Below are positions 1-8,195 of a stretch of DNA of 32,000 bases, in pieces. This DNA comes from Patescibacteria group bacterium (GTDB lineage Bacteria; Patescibacteriota; Minisyncoccia; UBA6257; HR35): NCBI GenBank assembly GCA_030549845.1, contig JAUQQN010000001.1, forward strand, positions 30,001 to 62,000. The letters are read 5' to 3'. The position numbers and the translations under genes are program-made. The first letter of the stretch is position 1. Each line of letters starts with the position of its first letter. The notes below the pieces were generated by a model that was not told the DNA's origin, did no database searches, and saw only the letters and a list, made by a program, of their open reading frames with translations.

Positions 1-624
1 TTTGATTTTTATATCTTTCTTTTTAGCAATTTTAAGTAATTTATAGATTTTTTCATCAGCATCCTTATTTGGTTTAAAAGCATTAATATTTTTAATACCT
101 GCGATAAAAAGGATAATTGAATTTTTTGGTTTTCTTATTAATTCTTTAATATGTTTTTGACCCCTCAAAGAGGGACAGTCAGGATACATAGCAAGATTAT
201 CTCTTTTCATTACAGCACTTTTAATTTCTAAATAATATTTTTTATTTTTGTATTGAACTAAATAATCAATTAGAGAATTATTTAATTTTATATTCTTTTT
301 CAATATTTTTGCTCCTTTAAGCCATGAAATCAAATTTTTTTCAACAGCAATTTCAAAACATTTCATTTGAAGTAAAGTATCTATTATACTTGCTGAGTTT
401 TTGTCTTCTTTAATAAAGGAAAGTCTATATTTTGTTTTTTTAGGATTTTTTAGAGGGGAAAGATAACCAATTTTTCTTTTAATTAAAAATTGTTCTAATC
501 TTCCAGTATTATTTAAAGAAGCTTTAGTAATTTTATTATTAATTTTTACCTCGATAACAAATCTATTTACTCGTCTAACAATTTTAGAGGGGATTAAAGA
601 AGGGATTTTTAAAATGCTTCTCAT
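1..624 (-). CDS. sfsA: SfsA-family (sugar fermentation stimulation protein A-like) nuclease/DNA-binding protein. The C-terminus runs off the window edge.
   Basis: Not in the supplied ORF track because there is no stop in the window. My manual minus-strand translation from the ATG at 624 gives MRSILKIPSLIPSKIVRRVNRFVIEVKINN...NTGRLEQFL...AMYPDCPSLRGQKHIKELI. This matches the SfsA pattern RxNRF...V...GRL...L and the conserved (F/Y)PDxxTxRGxKHLxEL segment. The frame stays open to position 1. Confidence 0.7.
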   Translation of the reverse strand, partial: MRSILKIPSLIPSKIVRRVNRFVIEVKINNKITKASLNNTGRLEQFLIKRKIGYLSPLKNPKKTKYRLSFIKEDKNSASIIDTLLQMKCFEIAVEKNLISWLKGAKILKKNIKLNNSLIDYLVQYKNKKYYLEIKSAVMKRDNLAMYPDCPSLRGQKHIKELIRKPKNSIILFIAGIKNINAFKPNKDADEKIYKLLKIAKKKDIKIK

Positions 625-760
625 CAAACAAAATTCTATTATAATTAATTTCTCATTATCTTGAGAAAATAAGGAAGATTTTCGCTCTGCGCCGTTTTTA
701 CGCTGTAAAGCAATTTTTAAGTAATCTGAAGAAATATTCAATTAAATCCTACCAAATATT

Positions 761-1792
761 TTAATAAACCTGATTTAATTCCAAATATGCTAAAGTTGCA
801 AATGAATAAAGAAAAGTTTTAAAAATACCTGATAATAAAAGAACCCCTCCGAAAACTAATGTGCCTAATATAATTCCAATTATAATTCCTGCTATAGGTG
901 AAATAAAATATAACCCTATAACAAGCATTATAATAATAAAAATTGTAGGGGAAAGAATAAAATATTTAATTCCTGTTTCCAGAGCCATATATATAAGCCA
1001 AGTTAATAAAACATTTTTAGGATTAGCAAATAATAATCTTCCCGCATTCTTTAATGAACCCAAAGCTCCGTTATTTTTTATTACAATAAACCTTTCAGCA
1101 AATATATGTAATATAGAAAGATAAGCTAAGATTAATAACCATAAAATAAGTGAAATTATTCCTACAAAAATAGAAGCGGGGACATTTCTTGTAGTAAAAT
1201 TAAAGTAGAGAAATAGTAAAACAAAAAGTAATAAACTAAAATCACCGAGAAATGAAATAATTAACTTCAAAAAGAACATTCTGAAGAAATAATGAGCTCC
1301 ATCTTTGAATAATTTTCTAAAATTTATTTCTTCCTCTTTTTTAATATTATTTACTCCAGAAATCAATGCAGTCTTTGATATAAAACCTAGGATTATAAAA
1401 ATTAAATAAATTGCAATTAGAATAAATATTATTTCTATATAATCCCACCAAAGGCGCCTTAAAATACTTATATAAGGATCTTCTAAAATCAAGCTTTTCG
1501 CAGTTTCTAAACTATCATATGGAGGGTATATTGGTAATGTCTCTTTTAAAGATTCATGAATAGATGCTAAAAATTTTGTTGACCATATTGGAGGCAGAAA
1601 AAGAAGAGGGAGATTCAAAAACCCTTCTTGCTTAAATTCCTTTAATATATTTAATATATCATTAATATCAATTAAAAATCTCAAATCAATAAAAATAAAC
1701 TCTAATAAAAATGCGAATATTCCAAAGATCCAAAGAAATTTATACTTAAATGTTATTTGCCAAGCTCTTGAAATTATATAAGAATAATTCAT
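761..1792 (-). CDS. Hypothetical polytopic integral membrane protein
   Basis: 343-aa ORF with many long hydrophobic segments (for example FILIAIYLIFIILGFI and IIIMLVIGLYFISPIAGIIIGIILGTLVFGGVLLL). I recognise no catalytic motif. Confidence 0.6.
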   Translation of the reverse strand: MNYSYIISRAWQITFKYKFLWIFGIFAFLLEFIFIDLRFLIDINDILNILKEFKQEGFLNLPLLFLPPIWSTKFLASIHESLKETLPIYPPYDSLETAKSLILEDPYISILRRLWWDYIEIIFILIAIYLIFIILGFISKTALISGVNNIKKEEEINFRKLFKDGAHYFFRMFFLKLIISFLGDFSLLLFVLLFLYFNFTTRNVPASIFVGIISLILWLLILAYLSILHIFAERFIVIKNNGALGSLKNAGRLLFANPKNVLLTWLIYMALETGIKYFILSPTIFIIIMLVIGLYFISPIAGIIIGIILGTLVFGGVLLLSGIFKTFLYSFATLAYLELNQVY

Positions 1793-1837
1793 TTATAGAA
1801 TTATAGAACAAATCAATTCCAAATTTCAATTTAATAG

Positions 1838-1858
1838 TTTCGTAATCAGATTACGGAA
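1838..1858. repeat. Palindromic element, degenerate copy a (TTTCGTAATCAGATTACGGAA)
   Basis: Matches the TTTTCGTAATC-N-GATTACGAAAA family with one arm substitution. It shares the GATTACGGAAGA variant with copy b, about 105 bp away. Confidence 0.8.
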
Positions 1859-1943
1859 GACATGTTATTTTTAGAAGAAAAATTACAAAAAAAATTTTAT
1901 TTATTTAAGGGCACCTCTAGAATTTTTAAGTTCTTTTAATCAC

Positions 1944-1965
1944 TTTTCGCAATCAGATTACGGAA
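1944..1965. repeat. Palindromic element, degenerate copy b (TTTTCGCAATCAGATTACGGAA)
   Basis: Same family, same orientation and same right-arm variant as copy a. It lies in the divergent intergenic region between 761-1792 (-) and 2025-3044 (+). Confidence 0.8.
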
Positions 1966-2024
1966 GAGAGGACTTGTTAAAATAATTTTAAAATAATTTT
2001 AATGTTAAGATAATTTTAAGCAAC

Positions 2025-3044
2025 ATGGGAAATTTTGAAAGACAATTTATTTCAGGACAAAAAAGACAGGAACGAAAAAAATCAGAAATAAAAATTACAC
2101 CAGAACAAAAAGAAATTTTAGAATCTGCAGTAAAATTTGCTGAATATATAGTATCTCGTTTCCCTCAGATTGATGAAAATCGTAGGATAATAATTGAAGT
2201 CAGTGAAGAAGGGCCTACTGTCGAACTTCCCGAGATGCCGGAATTCATAGAAACAGTATTGATGATGTTGAATTACTATTTTTCCGGTTCTTTAGCTACA
2301 ATGCTTTTATCGATGGCTGAGCAATTTACTGAAATAGATGAAAGCGAACTGCCTGGCATAAAAGAAGGTCAAACCCGTACTATTCCAGAAAGTGCGCGAG
2401 AAATCTTAGCAACTTTTGCACGCCCTATAGGAGATTTAGATTATGTTCCTACAGATTTCTATGAAGGGAAAAGAGCACATGTTAGAAGTCTTTATGGAAA
2501 AGTAAGTAGTGAAGAATATCAAAAATTGTGCGCTAAGTTTTTGTGGAAAGGTGGTAGTATAGGGTTTGATGAAATTCCGGAGGAAGCATCTAAATGTCTT
2601 AAACGAGAAGCAACACAATTGAGAATATTCGTTGATCCTCTTGAATGTTATGGCGTGAAACGAGTTGCAAAAATTGTGGTTGCTGGAAAAGAATATTTCA
2701 TAGCGAGACCGGATGCTATGTTTGCTTATAAAGTTTTACATTTGTTGCAAGCGTATGAACAAAAGCCGGAAAAATTTAACGCTGATTTTAGTAAATTGTT
2801 TTCAGCTATGAAGGAAATTTACAGTGAAGACGAATTACTACAAACAGTTTTTCAAGTTCTTAAGGATTATGAAAATGCTATGGAAGCTTCTCATCGCAGA
2901 TGGCATGAAGCCCTAGGTTATGAAAAGCCATACAAATCCGAAATCCCGGCTTTTTGTAAAAAAATTTTAGGCAATCCAAGCATTACACCCGAGATTAGAT
3001 ATGTTATTGAAGAAATTCAAAAAAAATTTACCGTCAAAGAATAA
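2025..3044 (+). CDS. Hypothetical protein (orphan); weak hint of a nucleotidyltransferase-like G-S ... D-x-D pattern
   Basis: 339-aa ORF and one of the few plus-strand genes. G+C is locally higher than in the neighbours by eye. FSGSLATMLL followed by RPIGDLDYV loosely resembles the GS/DxD signature of AbiEii-type or minimal nucleotidyltransferases, but the spacing is atypical. Confidence 0.6.
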   Translation: MGNFERQFISGQKRQERKKSEIKITPEQKEILESAVKFAEYIVSRFPQIDENRRIIIEVSEEGPTVELPEMPEFIETVLMMLNYYFSGSLATMLLSMAEQFTEIDESELPGIKEGQTRTIPESAREILATFARPIGDLDYVPTDFYEGKRAHVRSLYGKVSSEEYQKLCAKFLWKGGSIGFDEIPEEASKCLKREATQLRIFVDPLECYGVKRVAKIVVAGKEYFIARPDAMFAYKVLHLLQAYEQKPEKFNADFSKLFSAMKEIYSEDELLQTVFQVLKDYENAMEASHRRWHEALGYEKPYKSEIPAFCKKILGNPSITPEIRYVIEEIQKKFTVKE

Positions 3045-3080
3045 AATCTTACATATCCTTCAGCCACCAAAAATCTACAG

Positions 3081-3103
3081 TTTTCGTAATCAGATTACGA
3101 AAA
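3081..3103. repeat. Palindromic element, perfect copy c (TTTTCGTAATCAGATTACGAAAA)
   Basis: Perfect 11+1+11 palindrome between convergent genes. It shares extended flanks (CTACAG upstream, TTTATT downstream) with copy d. Confidence 0.9.
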
Positions 3104-3151
3104 TTTATTGTAATTGTAAGTAGTTTTAAAAATAAATTTTTTGTATAAAAT

Positions 3152-4417
3152 CTATAGACCAAATTCTGCTGGAAGGTTGTTTAAGATGAATTCTTGTGGT
3201 TTTTCTGTAAAAATAATTCTTTTTCCTAAAGATTGTGCAAAACCAATTTCTAAAAGAGCTGAAGCTTCAACATATCCATCTGGATCGCAAACTATTAAAG
3301 CATCAGAGTTAATAATTGAGTTTAAATGGTAACGTTCTAATTCTAATGGAGATAAACCTTCCTTGCCGCTAAAAATTACGAATTCTTCTCCAGGATTTTT
3401 AGGTTCAATAAACCTTGGACTAAGAACTTTAACTCCAGAAGCTTCTAATTCTTTCTTTATTTTCAAAATGTAATCTAGATGTTTTCTAAAACTCCCACTT
3501 AAAGTTACATACCTAAACTCTTGTCTAATAACACCATTTATCAAATTAGAATCTGATGGAATAATTTTTAAAATCCCATACTTTTCGCATATAGCTTGCG
3601 AAATAGCCGAAAAAGCTCTTGCCCCATGCATCCATTTTGGATTATCTGGCATTAAATCTTCAAGTTCTTTTAAGGTTATCTTTTCAAAAATTTCCTTATT
3701 TTTAATTTTGTAATCATCAATTGTAATCAAAAAAGGATGATCTTCATCTTCAAATAAATTATTTTTTTGAAGTGGATAATCGGCTAACTTCATATATGTT
3801 AATTCTCCTCCTGTTAAGAAGGCAATTTCAGATTTATTATCTAATACCGGAAGTTTTGACTCCACAAAATTTACAATTTCATCTAACTTTGTCCTAGATA
3901 TATTTTCATTAATCTCAGGAAATTTAGTTAAAATTGTACCAACTCCTATGTCTAGATTCTTTCTTTCAATAGCTTCGTCGCCATACATTACTACTAATTC
4001 AGTCGTTCCTCCGCCAATGTTAATAAGCAAAATAGGTTCTTTTAAACTACATTTTCTTATTAGCGCCTTTTCAAGATAAAAATTTTCTAACTCCTGACTT
4101 ATGATATTAAAATACAACCCCGTTCTTAAAAAAACTTCATCAATAAAATCTGTTTTAGTCGCTGGAGCTAATTTTCTAAAAATTCCTGTAGCATAAATTT
4201 TTATCTGGGCATTTCTATTTTGTGCTTTTATTGCATCCAAAAGTTCGAAAAGTTCTTTTTTAGATTCTGGCGAAATTCCACCTTCAGGGTCAAAATTTTC
4301 TTTAAAAAAGATGGAACGTTTTAATAATAAACTTAATTTTTGACCAGAATATTTATAAACCTTAATAGTTGGAGAACCAATATCCAAAAGAATTTTTTCC
4401 ATATTTATAAAAAACAA
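3152..4417 (-). CDS. Fusion protein: N-terminal Ppx/GppA-like ASKHA phosphatase/ATPase domain plus C-terminal nucleoside 2-deoxyribosyltransferase-like (NDT/Rcl/YtoQ-like) domain
   Basis: ASKHA phosphate motifs LLDIGSPTIKVY and LINIGGGTTELVV, plus FLTGGELTY. The C-terminal ~130 aa show the NDT-like pattern VTLSGSF...ASGVKVLSP...SDALIVCDPDGYVEASALLEIGFAQSLGKRIIF. Confidence 0.7.
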   Translation of the reverse strand: MFFINMEKILLDIGSPTIKVYKYSGQKLSLLLKRSIFFKENFDPEGGISPESKKELFELLDAIKAQNRNAQIKIYATGIFRKLAPATKTDFIDEVFLRTGLYFNIISQELENFYLEKALIRKCSLKEPILLINIGGGTTELVVMYGDEAIERKNLDIGVGTILTKFPEINENISRTKLDEIVNFVESKLPVLDNKSEIAFLTGGELTYMKLADYPLQKNNLFEDEDHPFLITIDDYKIKNKEIFEKITLKELEDLMPDNPKWMHGARAFSAISQAICEKYGILKIIPSDSNLINGVIRQEFRYVTLSGSFRKHLDYILKIKKELEASGVKVLSPRFIEPKNPGEEFVIFSGKEGLSPLELERYHLNSIINSDALIVCDPDGYVEASALLEIGFAQSLGKRIIFTEKPQEFILNNLPAEFGL

Positions 4418-4532
4418 AATTTGATTAATTTAACAAATTGCTAATCTTTTATGAAAATTATATCAAGTTGCAAATTAAAAAGGTATAATAAATAAGCTAA
4501 AATGAAGAATGAATAATTACAAAATCCTACAG

Positions 4533-4555
4533 TTTTCGTAATCAGATTACGAAAA
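4533..4555. repeat. Palindromic element, perfect copy d
   Basis: Identical 23-mer to copy c, with the same flanks. It lies downstream of the copB stop and upstream of the 3152-4417 start. Confidence 0.9.
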
Positions 4556-4832
4556 TTTATTAGGTTATAAATGGAGAGAACAAAATAAAAAGCAACTAAA
4601 AAAGCAAAGATAATTAAAATGAAAATAATCTTTAGGTTTTAGAACCAAGAAAATTAACTTAGGACTAGTTTTATATTCTGGAGTAAAGTAAATTTGAACA
4701 ATAAGAAAAAGAGAAAAAGAATAAAATTAAAACAATTAAAAAAGCTAAATATATTGGTTTTCGCAAAGGCTTTATAAATATTTGAACATCCATTCAAATA
4801 TTATAAATTAAAAAAATTTTTCTTATCAAGTT

Positions 4833-7061
4833 TTATTTTAATCTCAAAGCATTTAAAGCAACGATTATTGTGGATAAACTCATAAAAATTGCACCTAAAG
4901 CTGGAGAGAGTAAAATTCCTTTAAAAGCTAAAATTCCAGCAGCAAGAGGAAGAGCAATAATGTTATAACCAGTTGCCCAAAATAAATTTTCTATCATTTT
5001 TTGATAAGTTTTTCTTGAAAGTTCAATTATTTTGACAATGTCTCTTGGATCATTCTTTACTAAAATTATTCCTGCAGATTCAATGGCAACATTTGTTCCG
5101 GCGCCAATAGCAACTCCAACATCAGCTTGCATAAGTGCTGGCGTATCATTAATTCCATCACCAACCATCATTACTTTAAAGCCACGCTTTTGTAATTCTT
5201 TAACTTTATTTACTTTCTCTTCTGGTAAAACTTCAGCAAAATATTCATCAATGCCAAGCTCTTTTGAAACTTTCTCAGCAACTTCTTTTTTATCACCAGT
5301 TATCATTGAAACTTTAATGCCTAATTTATGAAGTCCCTTAACTGCTTCAAAAGATTCTTTTCTTATTTCATCTTCCAAAATAATTGCTCCTAAAATATTT
5401 TTCTCTTCAATTAAATAAACTATTGTTCCGATTTCAGATAAAAGTGGTTTTTCAATACCTAATTCTTTTAATAAATTATCACCACCCAAATAATAAAGTT
5501 TACCACCAATTTTTCCCTTAACCCCTCTTCCAGGTAAATTTTCAAAATCTTCAACTTTTAAAAACTCTAATCCATCTTCTTTTGCCTTTTCCAAAATTCC
5601 TTGAGAGATAAAATGAGAAGAATATTGACTTAAAGAAGCTGCAAGTTGAAGGATTGTTAATTCTTGTGAACCTTCTCGCGAACTATTATGTGAATTTTCT
5701 CGAATATTAAATTGTCTTCCGAGGTTCGTTCCGGCGGAGGTATTTAATATCTTTTTCACTTTAAATTTTCCTGAAGTTAAGGTTCCAGTTTTATCAAATA
5801 AAACAATATCTATTTTTCTTGCAAATTCAAGCTGGAGTCTATTTCTAATTAAAAATCCATTATGAACTGCTAAAGATGTTGAAATAGCAGCAACAAGAGG
5901 AACAGCTAAACCTAAAGCATGAGGACAAGCAATAATCAAAATAGTAACTAATCTTTCTAAAGCAAAATCAAAATCTTTTTTAACTAAAAGCCAAAGAGTA
6001 AAACTTAAAAGACCAATAAAAATAGCGATAAATGTTAAATATTTTGCAAAAACATCAGCTAAAACCTGAAGTTTTGATTTTGAAGCTTGGGCTTCTTTAA
6101 TTAGTCTTTTGATACCTGCTAAAAATGTCTCTTCACCAATTTTTGTTACTTTAATTTTCAGCATTCCATCACCATTAATTGTTCCAGCAATAACTTCTGA
6201 ACCAACTTCTTTCAAAACTGGCTTACTTTCACCAGTAATCATACTTTCATTAACTTCTGATTTCCCTTCAATAACAATTCCATCAGCGGGAATTTTTCCT
6301 CCTGGTCTTACTAAAACTATATCGCCTACTTTAATTTCTTCGAGTTTTATTATTTTTATTTCTTCTTTTTTATTAACAGAATCTTCTGCATTATCAAAGT
6401 CATCCTGCGAGCGAGAATCGGGTAGGCCGTGGGTAAATGTTTGATTTAATATTATTACTTCTGCTGTATCTGGTAATAATTTCTCAATTTCTTGTAAAGC
6501 TCTCTGGGCTGAAGAAACTGATTTCATTTCAAAATAATGTCCTAAAAGCATAATCGTAATTAAACTTGTCAGTTCCCAGAAAAATTCATGTCCAATTTTA
6601 AATAAAACAGGAAAAACACTATAAACATATGCAGAAGATATGGCTAAACCAATTAAAGTCATCATCCCGGGATTTTTAGCCTTAAGTTCGCGATATGCAC
6701 CAACAAGAAAAACAAAGCCACCATAGAAAAAAATAATTGAGCCAAGAATTAAAATCAAATATTGAATTCCCTCGAAAGATGGCAATTTTATCCCAATAAA
6801 TTTTTGAAAGACATCAGAATAAAGAATGATAGGAATAGTCAAAATTAAAGAAAGCCAAAATTTATTTAAAAAATCTTCAGCACGGTGGCCATGATGTTTA
6901 TTTTGGGTCGCGAACTTCTGCGAACTTTCTCGCGAACTGATGTGAATACTACTTTCGCTAGAAACATCTTCAACTTCAATGAGTTTCATTCCACAGACAT
7001 GACAATTACCAGGCTTTTCCTGTGGTTCAATACACTGCATTGGGCAAATATATTTCTTCAT
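4833..7061 (-). CDS. copB: Copper-translocating P1B-type ATPase (CPH-motif, CopB-like) with an N-terminal CPMxxx...CxxCGM metal-binding module
   Basis: P-type motifs are present: DKTGTLT, MITGD and MVGDGINDTPAL. The transmembrane metal site is IIACPHALGLAVP (CPH). The actuator region reads ITGESKPV. The N-terminus reads YICPMQC...PGNCHVCGMKL and includes a His-rich stretch, NKHHGHR. I place the start at Met21 of the tracked ORF (7061) because a promoter/operator-like sequence sits at 7072-7102. Confidence 0.93.
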   Translation of the reverse strand: MKKYICPMQCIEPQEKPGNCHVCGMKLIEVEDVSSESSIHISSRESSQKFATQNKHHGHRAEDFLNKFWLSLILTIPIILYSDVFQKFIGIKLPSFEGIQYLILILGSIIFFYGGFVFLVGAYRELKAKNPGMMTLIGLAISSAYVYSVFPVLFKIGHEFFWELTSLITIMLLGHYFEMKSVSSAQRALQEIEKLLPDTAEVIILNQTFTHGLPDSRSQDDFDNAEDSVNKKEEIKIIKLEEIKVGDIVLVRPGGKIPADGIVIEGKSEVNESMITGESKPVLKEVGSEVIAGTINGDGMLKIKVTKIGEETFLAGIKRLIKEAQASKSKLQVLADVFAKYLTFIAIFIGLLSFTLWLLVKKDFDFALERLVTILIIACPHALGLAVPLVAAISTSLAVHNGFLIRNRLQLEFARKIDIVLFDKTGTLTSGKFKVKKILNTSAGTNLGRQFNIRENSHNSSREGSQELTILQLAASLSQYSSHFISQGILEKAKEDGLEFLKVEDFENLPGRGVKGKIGGKLYYLGGDNLLKELGIEKPLLSEIGTIVYLIEEKNILGAIILEDEIRKESFEAVKGLHKLGIKVSMITGDKKEVAEKVSKELGIDEYFAEVLPEEKVNKVKELQKRGFKVMMVGDGINDTPALMQADVGVAIGAGTNVAIESAGIILVKNDPRDIVKIIELSRKTYQKMIENLFWATGYNIIALPLAAGILAFKGILLSPALGAIFMSLSTIIVALNALRLK
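6408..6445. repeat. GC-rich 38-bp element, copy 1 (inside copB, in frame)
   Basis: GCGAGCGAGAATCGGGTAGGCCGTGGGTAAATGTTTGA matches 7433-7470 at 35 of 38 positions. It encodes QTFTHGLPDSRSQ within an insertion relative to the usual A-domain spacing upstream of GDIVLVRPG. Confidence 0.85.
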
Positions 7062-7085
7062 TCTCAAAAATATTATATCATAAAA

Positions 7086-7102
7086 ATACCCCCAGGTGGT
7101 AT
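7086..7102 (-). promoter_or_regulatory. Candidate CsoR operator overlapping the copB promoter
   Basis: The minus strand reads ATACCACCTGGGGGTAT, then TTTTATGATATAAT (a -10-like TATAAT at 7072-7077), then the ATG at 7061. This resembles the known GC-centred CsoR operators of the type TACCC-N-GGGGTA. Confidence 0.55.
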
Positions 7103-7218
7103 ATAGAGTTTTTAAAAACACTAAACTAAAATTTGAAAAAGAATGCTAAGTAAAATTAATAATAAAAAGGTTATTACTAGTCTTTGATAAGGAAAAGCCC
7201 TTCCCTGACGAAGTTGAC

Positions 7219-7674
7219 TTAATTTTTATTTAGCAAAGGTGAAATTAAAATAACCAAACCACCCAAAATTGAATCCAACAAAAATTTATCATAAACATAT
7301 GTTCGATTAAACAAACTTCCATAATCCCCAAATAAATATAAATAAAAAGAACCGATTTCATAGAAATAGAGCTTTAAAGGAAGAACAACGGAGAGAAAAG
7401 AAATTAAAATTAGTAGAAATTTTGCAAGGTTGGCGAGCGAGATTCGGGTAGGCCGTGGGCGAATGTTTGAGCCGAAGCGGAGCGGAGGCCAAACTGGCGC
7501 ATCGAGTGAGCCAACTTGCAAAATATTAGAAAGCCACCATCCTAAAGCAACACTAAAAGCTCCTATCCAAACGCCAATCGCTGATGATTTCATTCCTAAT
7601 TCTCGTGCCAATAAAGCACCTATTTCAACTCCAATAGTACATAAAGGACAATGAGCAAAAGCAAAGATTGGCAA
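7219..7674 (-). CDS. Hypothetical membrane protein with an N-terminal CxxC (AHCPLC)
   Basis: 151-aa ORF in the copper gene string, with several hydrophobic helices. Its central loop is encoded by a GC-rich patch (7430-7520) that contains copy 2 of the 38-bp element. Confidence 0.6.
   Translation of the reverse strand: MPIFAFAHCPLCTIGVEIGALLARELGMKSSAIGVWIGAFSVALGWWLSNILQVGSLDAPVWPPLRFGSNIRPRPTRISLANLAKFLLILISFLSVVLPLKLYFYEIGSFYLYLFGDYGSLFNRTYVYDKFLLDSILGGLVILISPLLNKN
7433..7470. repeat. GC-rich 38-bp element, copy 2 (inside 7219-7674, in a different reading frame from copy 1)
   Basis: GCGAGCGAGATTCGGGTAGGCCGTGGGCGAATGTTTGA. Here it is translated as SNIRPRPTRISLA. Confidence 0.85.
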
Positions 7675-7700
7675 AAAAAATTAAAACTATGATTATTATT

Positions 7701-8195
7701 TTATATTTCCATAAATAATCCTTGATCTTTACCATCTTTGACTGAATGAATTCTGAATGGATAAAATTTAATTCCTGGCATTCCCGGTGAACCAGAAGGC
7801 ATTTCTGGAAGAGCAATGCCATTAATTTTTGGCTTTTCAGTTAAAAGTTTTTCAATTGCTTCAACTGGAATATGGCCTTCAACAAAATAATTGTTCAAAA
7901 AAACTGTATGACAAGACCATAAATTATAAGGAATATTATTTTGCCTCTTAATATTTTCAAGTTCTTCATCAGAAACTTCTCTAACTTCAACTTTAAAGCC
8001 ATTTGCTTTTAAATAATTTGCGTATTGGGCACAACAATTGCAGTTAGGGGATTTATAAATAACTGCTGACATACCAGAAAATTTAGTTCGTTTTGAAGAT
8101 TGATTTTTTATTAAAACCATAATTGACCCAACTAAAAGAAAACCTATTATTAACCCTAAAATTATACTTTTGTTTTTCATTTTTATAATCCACAA
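7701..8195 (-). CDS. DUF411 (CopG-like) metal-binding protein, membrane-anchored
   Basis: YKSPNCNCCAQYANYLKANGFKVEV ... WSCHTVFLNNYFVEGHIPVEAIEKLL ... LPEMPSGSPGMPG closely matches the DUF411 signature (CxCC, SCHT, EGHVP, PGMPxGSPGM). The protein has an N-terminal signal anchor. Confidence 0.85.
   Translation of the reverse strand: MWIIKMKNKSIILGLIIGFLLVGSIMVLIKNQSSKRTKFSGMSAVIYKSPNCNCCAQYANYLKANGFKVEVREVSDEELENIKRQNNIPYNLWSCHTVFLNNYFVEGHIPVEAIEKLLTEKPKINGIALPEMPSGSPGMPGIKFYPFRIHSVKDGKDQGLFMEI

Noticed and set aside
1981-2010. Three close copies of ATAATTTTA (AAATAATTTTAAAATAATTTTAATGTTAAGATAATTTTA) just upstream of the 2025 start.
   Set aside because: The motif is short and extremely AT-rich in an AT-rich genome, so it cannot be distinguished from chance or generic promoter/UP-element-like sequence.
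4655-4789. A 44-codon minus-strand ORF (MDVQIFIKPLRKPIYLAFLIVLILFFFSFSYCSNLLYSRI) in the 415-bp gap upstream of the fusion gene, plus a start-less hydrophobic frame that reads through palindrome d.
   Set aside because: It is too short, low-complexity and AT-driven, with no RBS-like sequence that I could see. It may be a remnant of a membrane gene, but that is not supportable.
7062-7121. The 20-codon N-terminal extension of the copB ORF (MFLKTLYTTWGYFYDIIFLR).
   Set aside because: The extension covers the operator-like palindrome and TATAAT box. The metal-binding module begins right after Met21, so 7061 is the more plausible start.
7122-7218. Possible terminator hairpin (GGAAAAGCCCTTCC) after the stop of 7219-7674.
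   Set aside because: The stem is only about 4 bp and no convincing T-tract follows on the minus strand.
7625-7822. 65-aa minus-strand ORF bridging the start of 7219-7674 and the end of 7701-8195.
   Set aside because: It overlaps two better-supported genes in another frame and has no motif.
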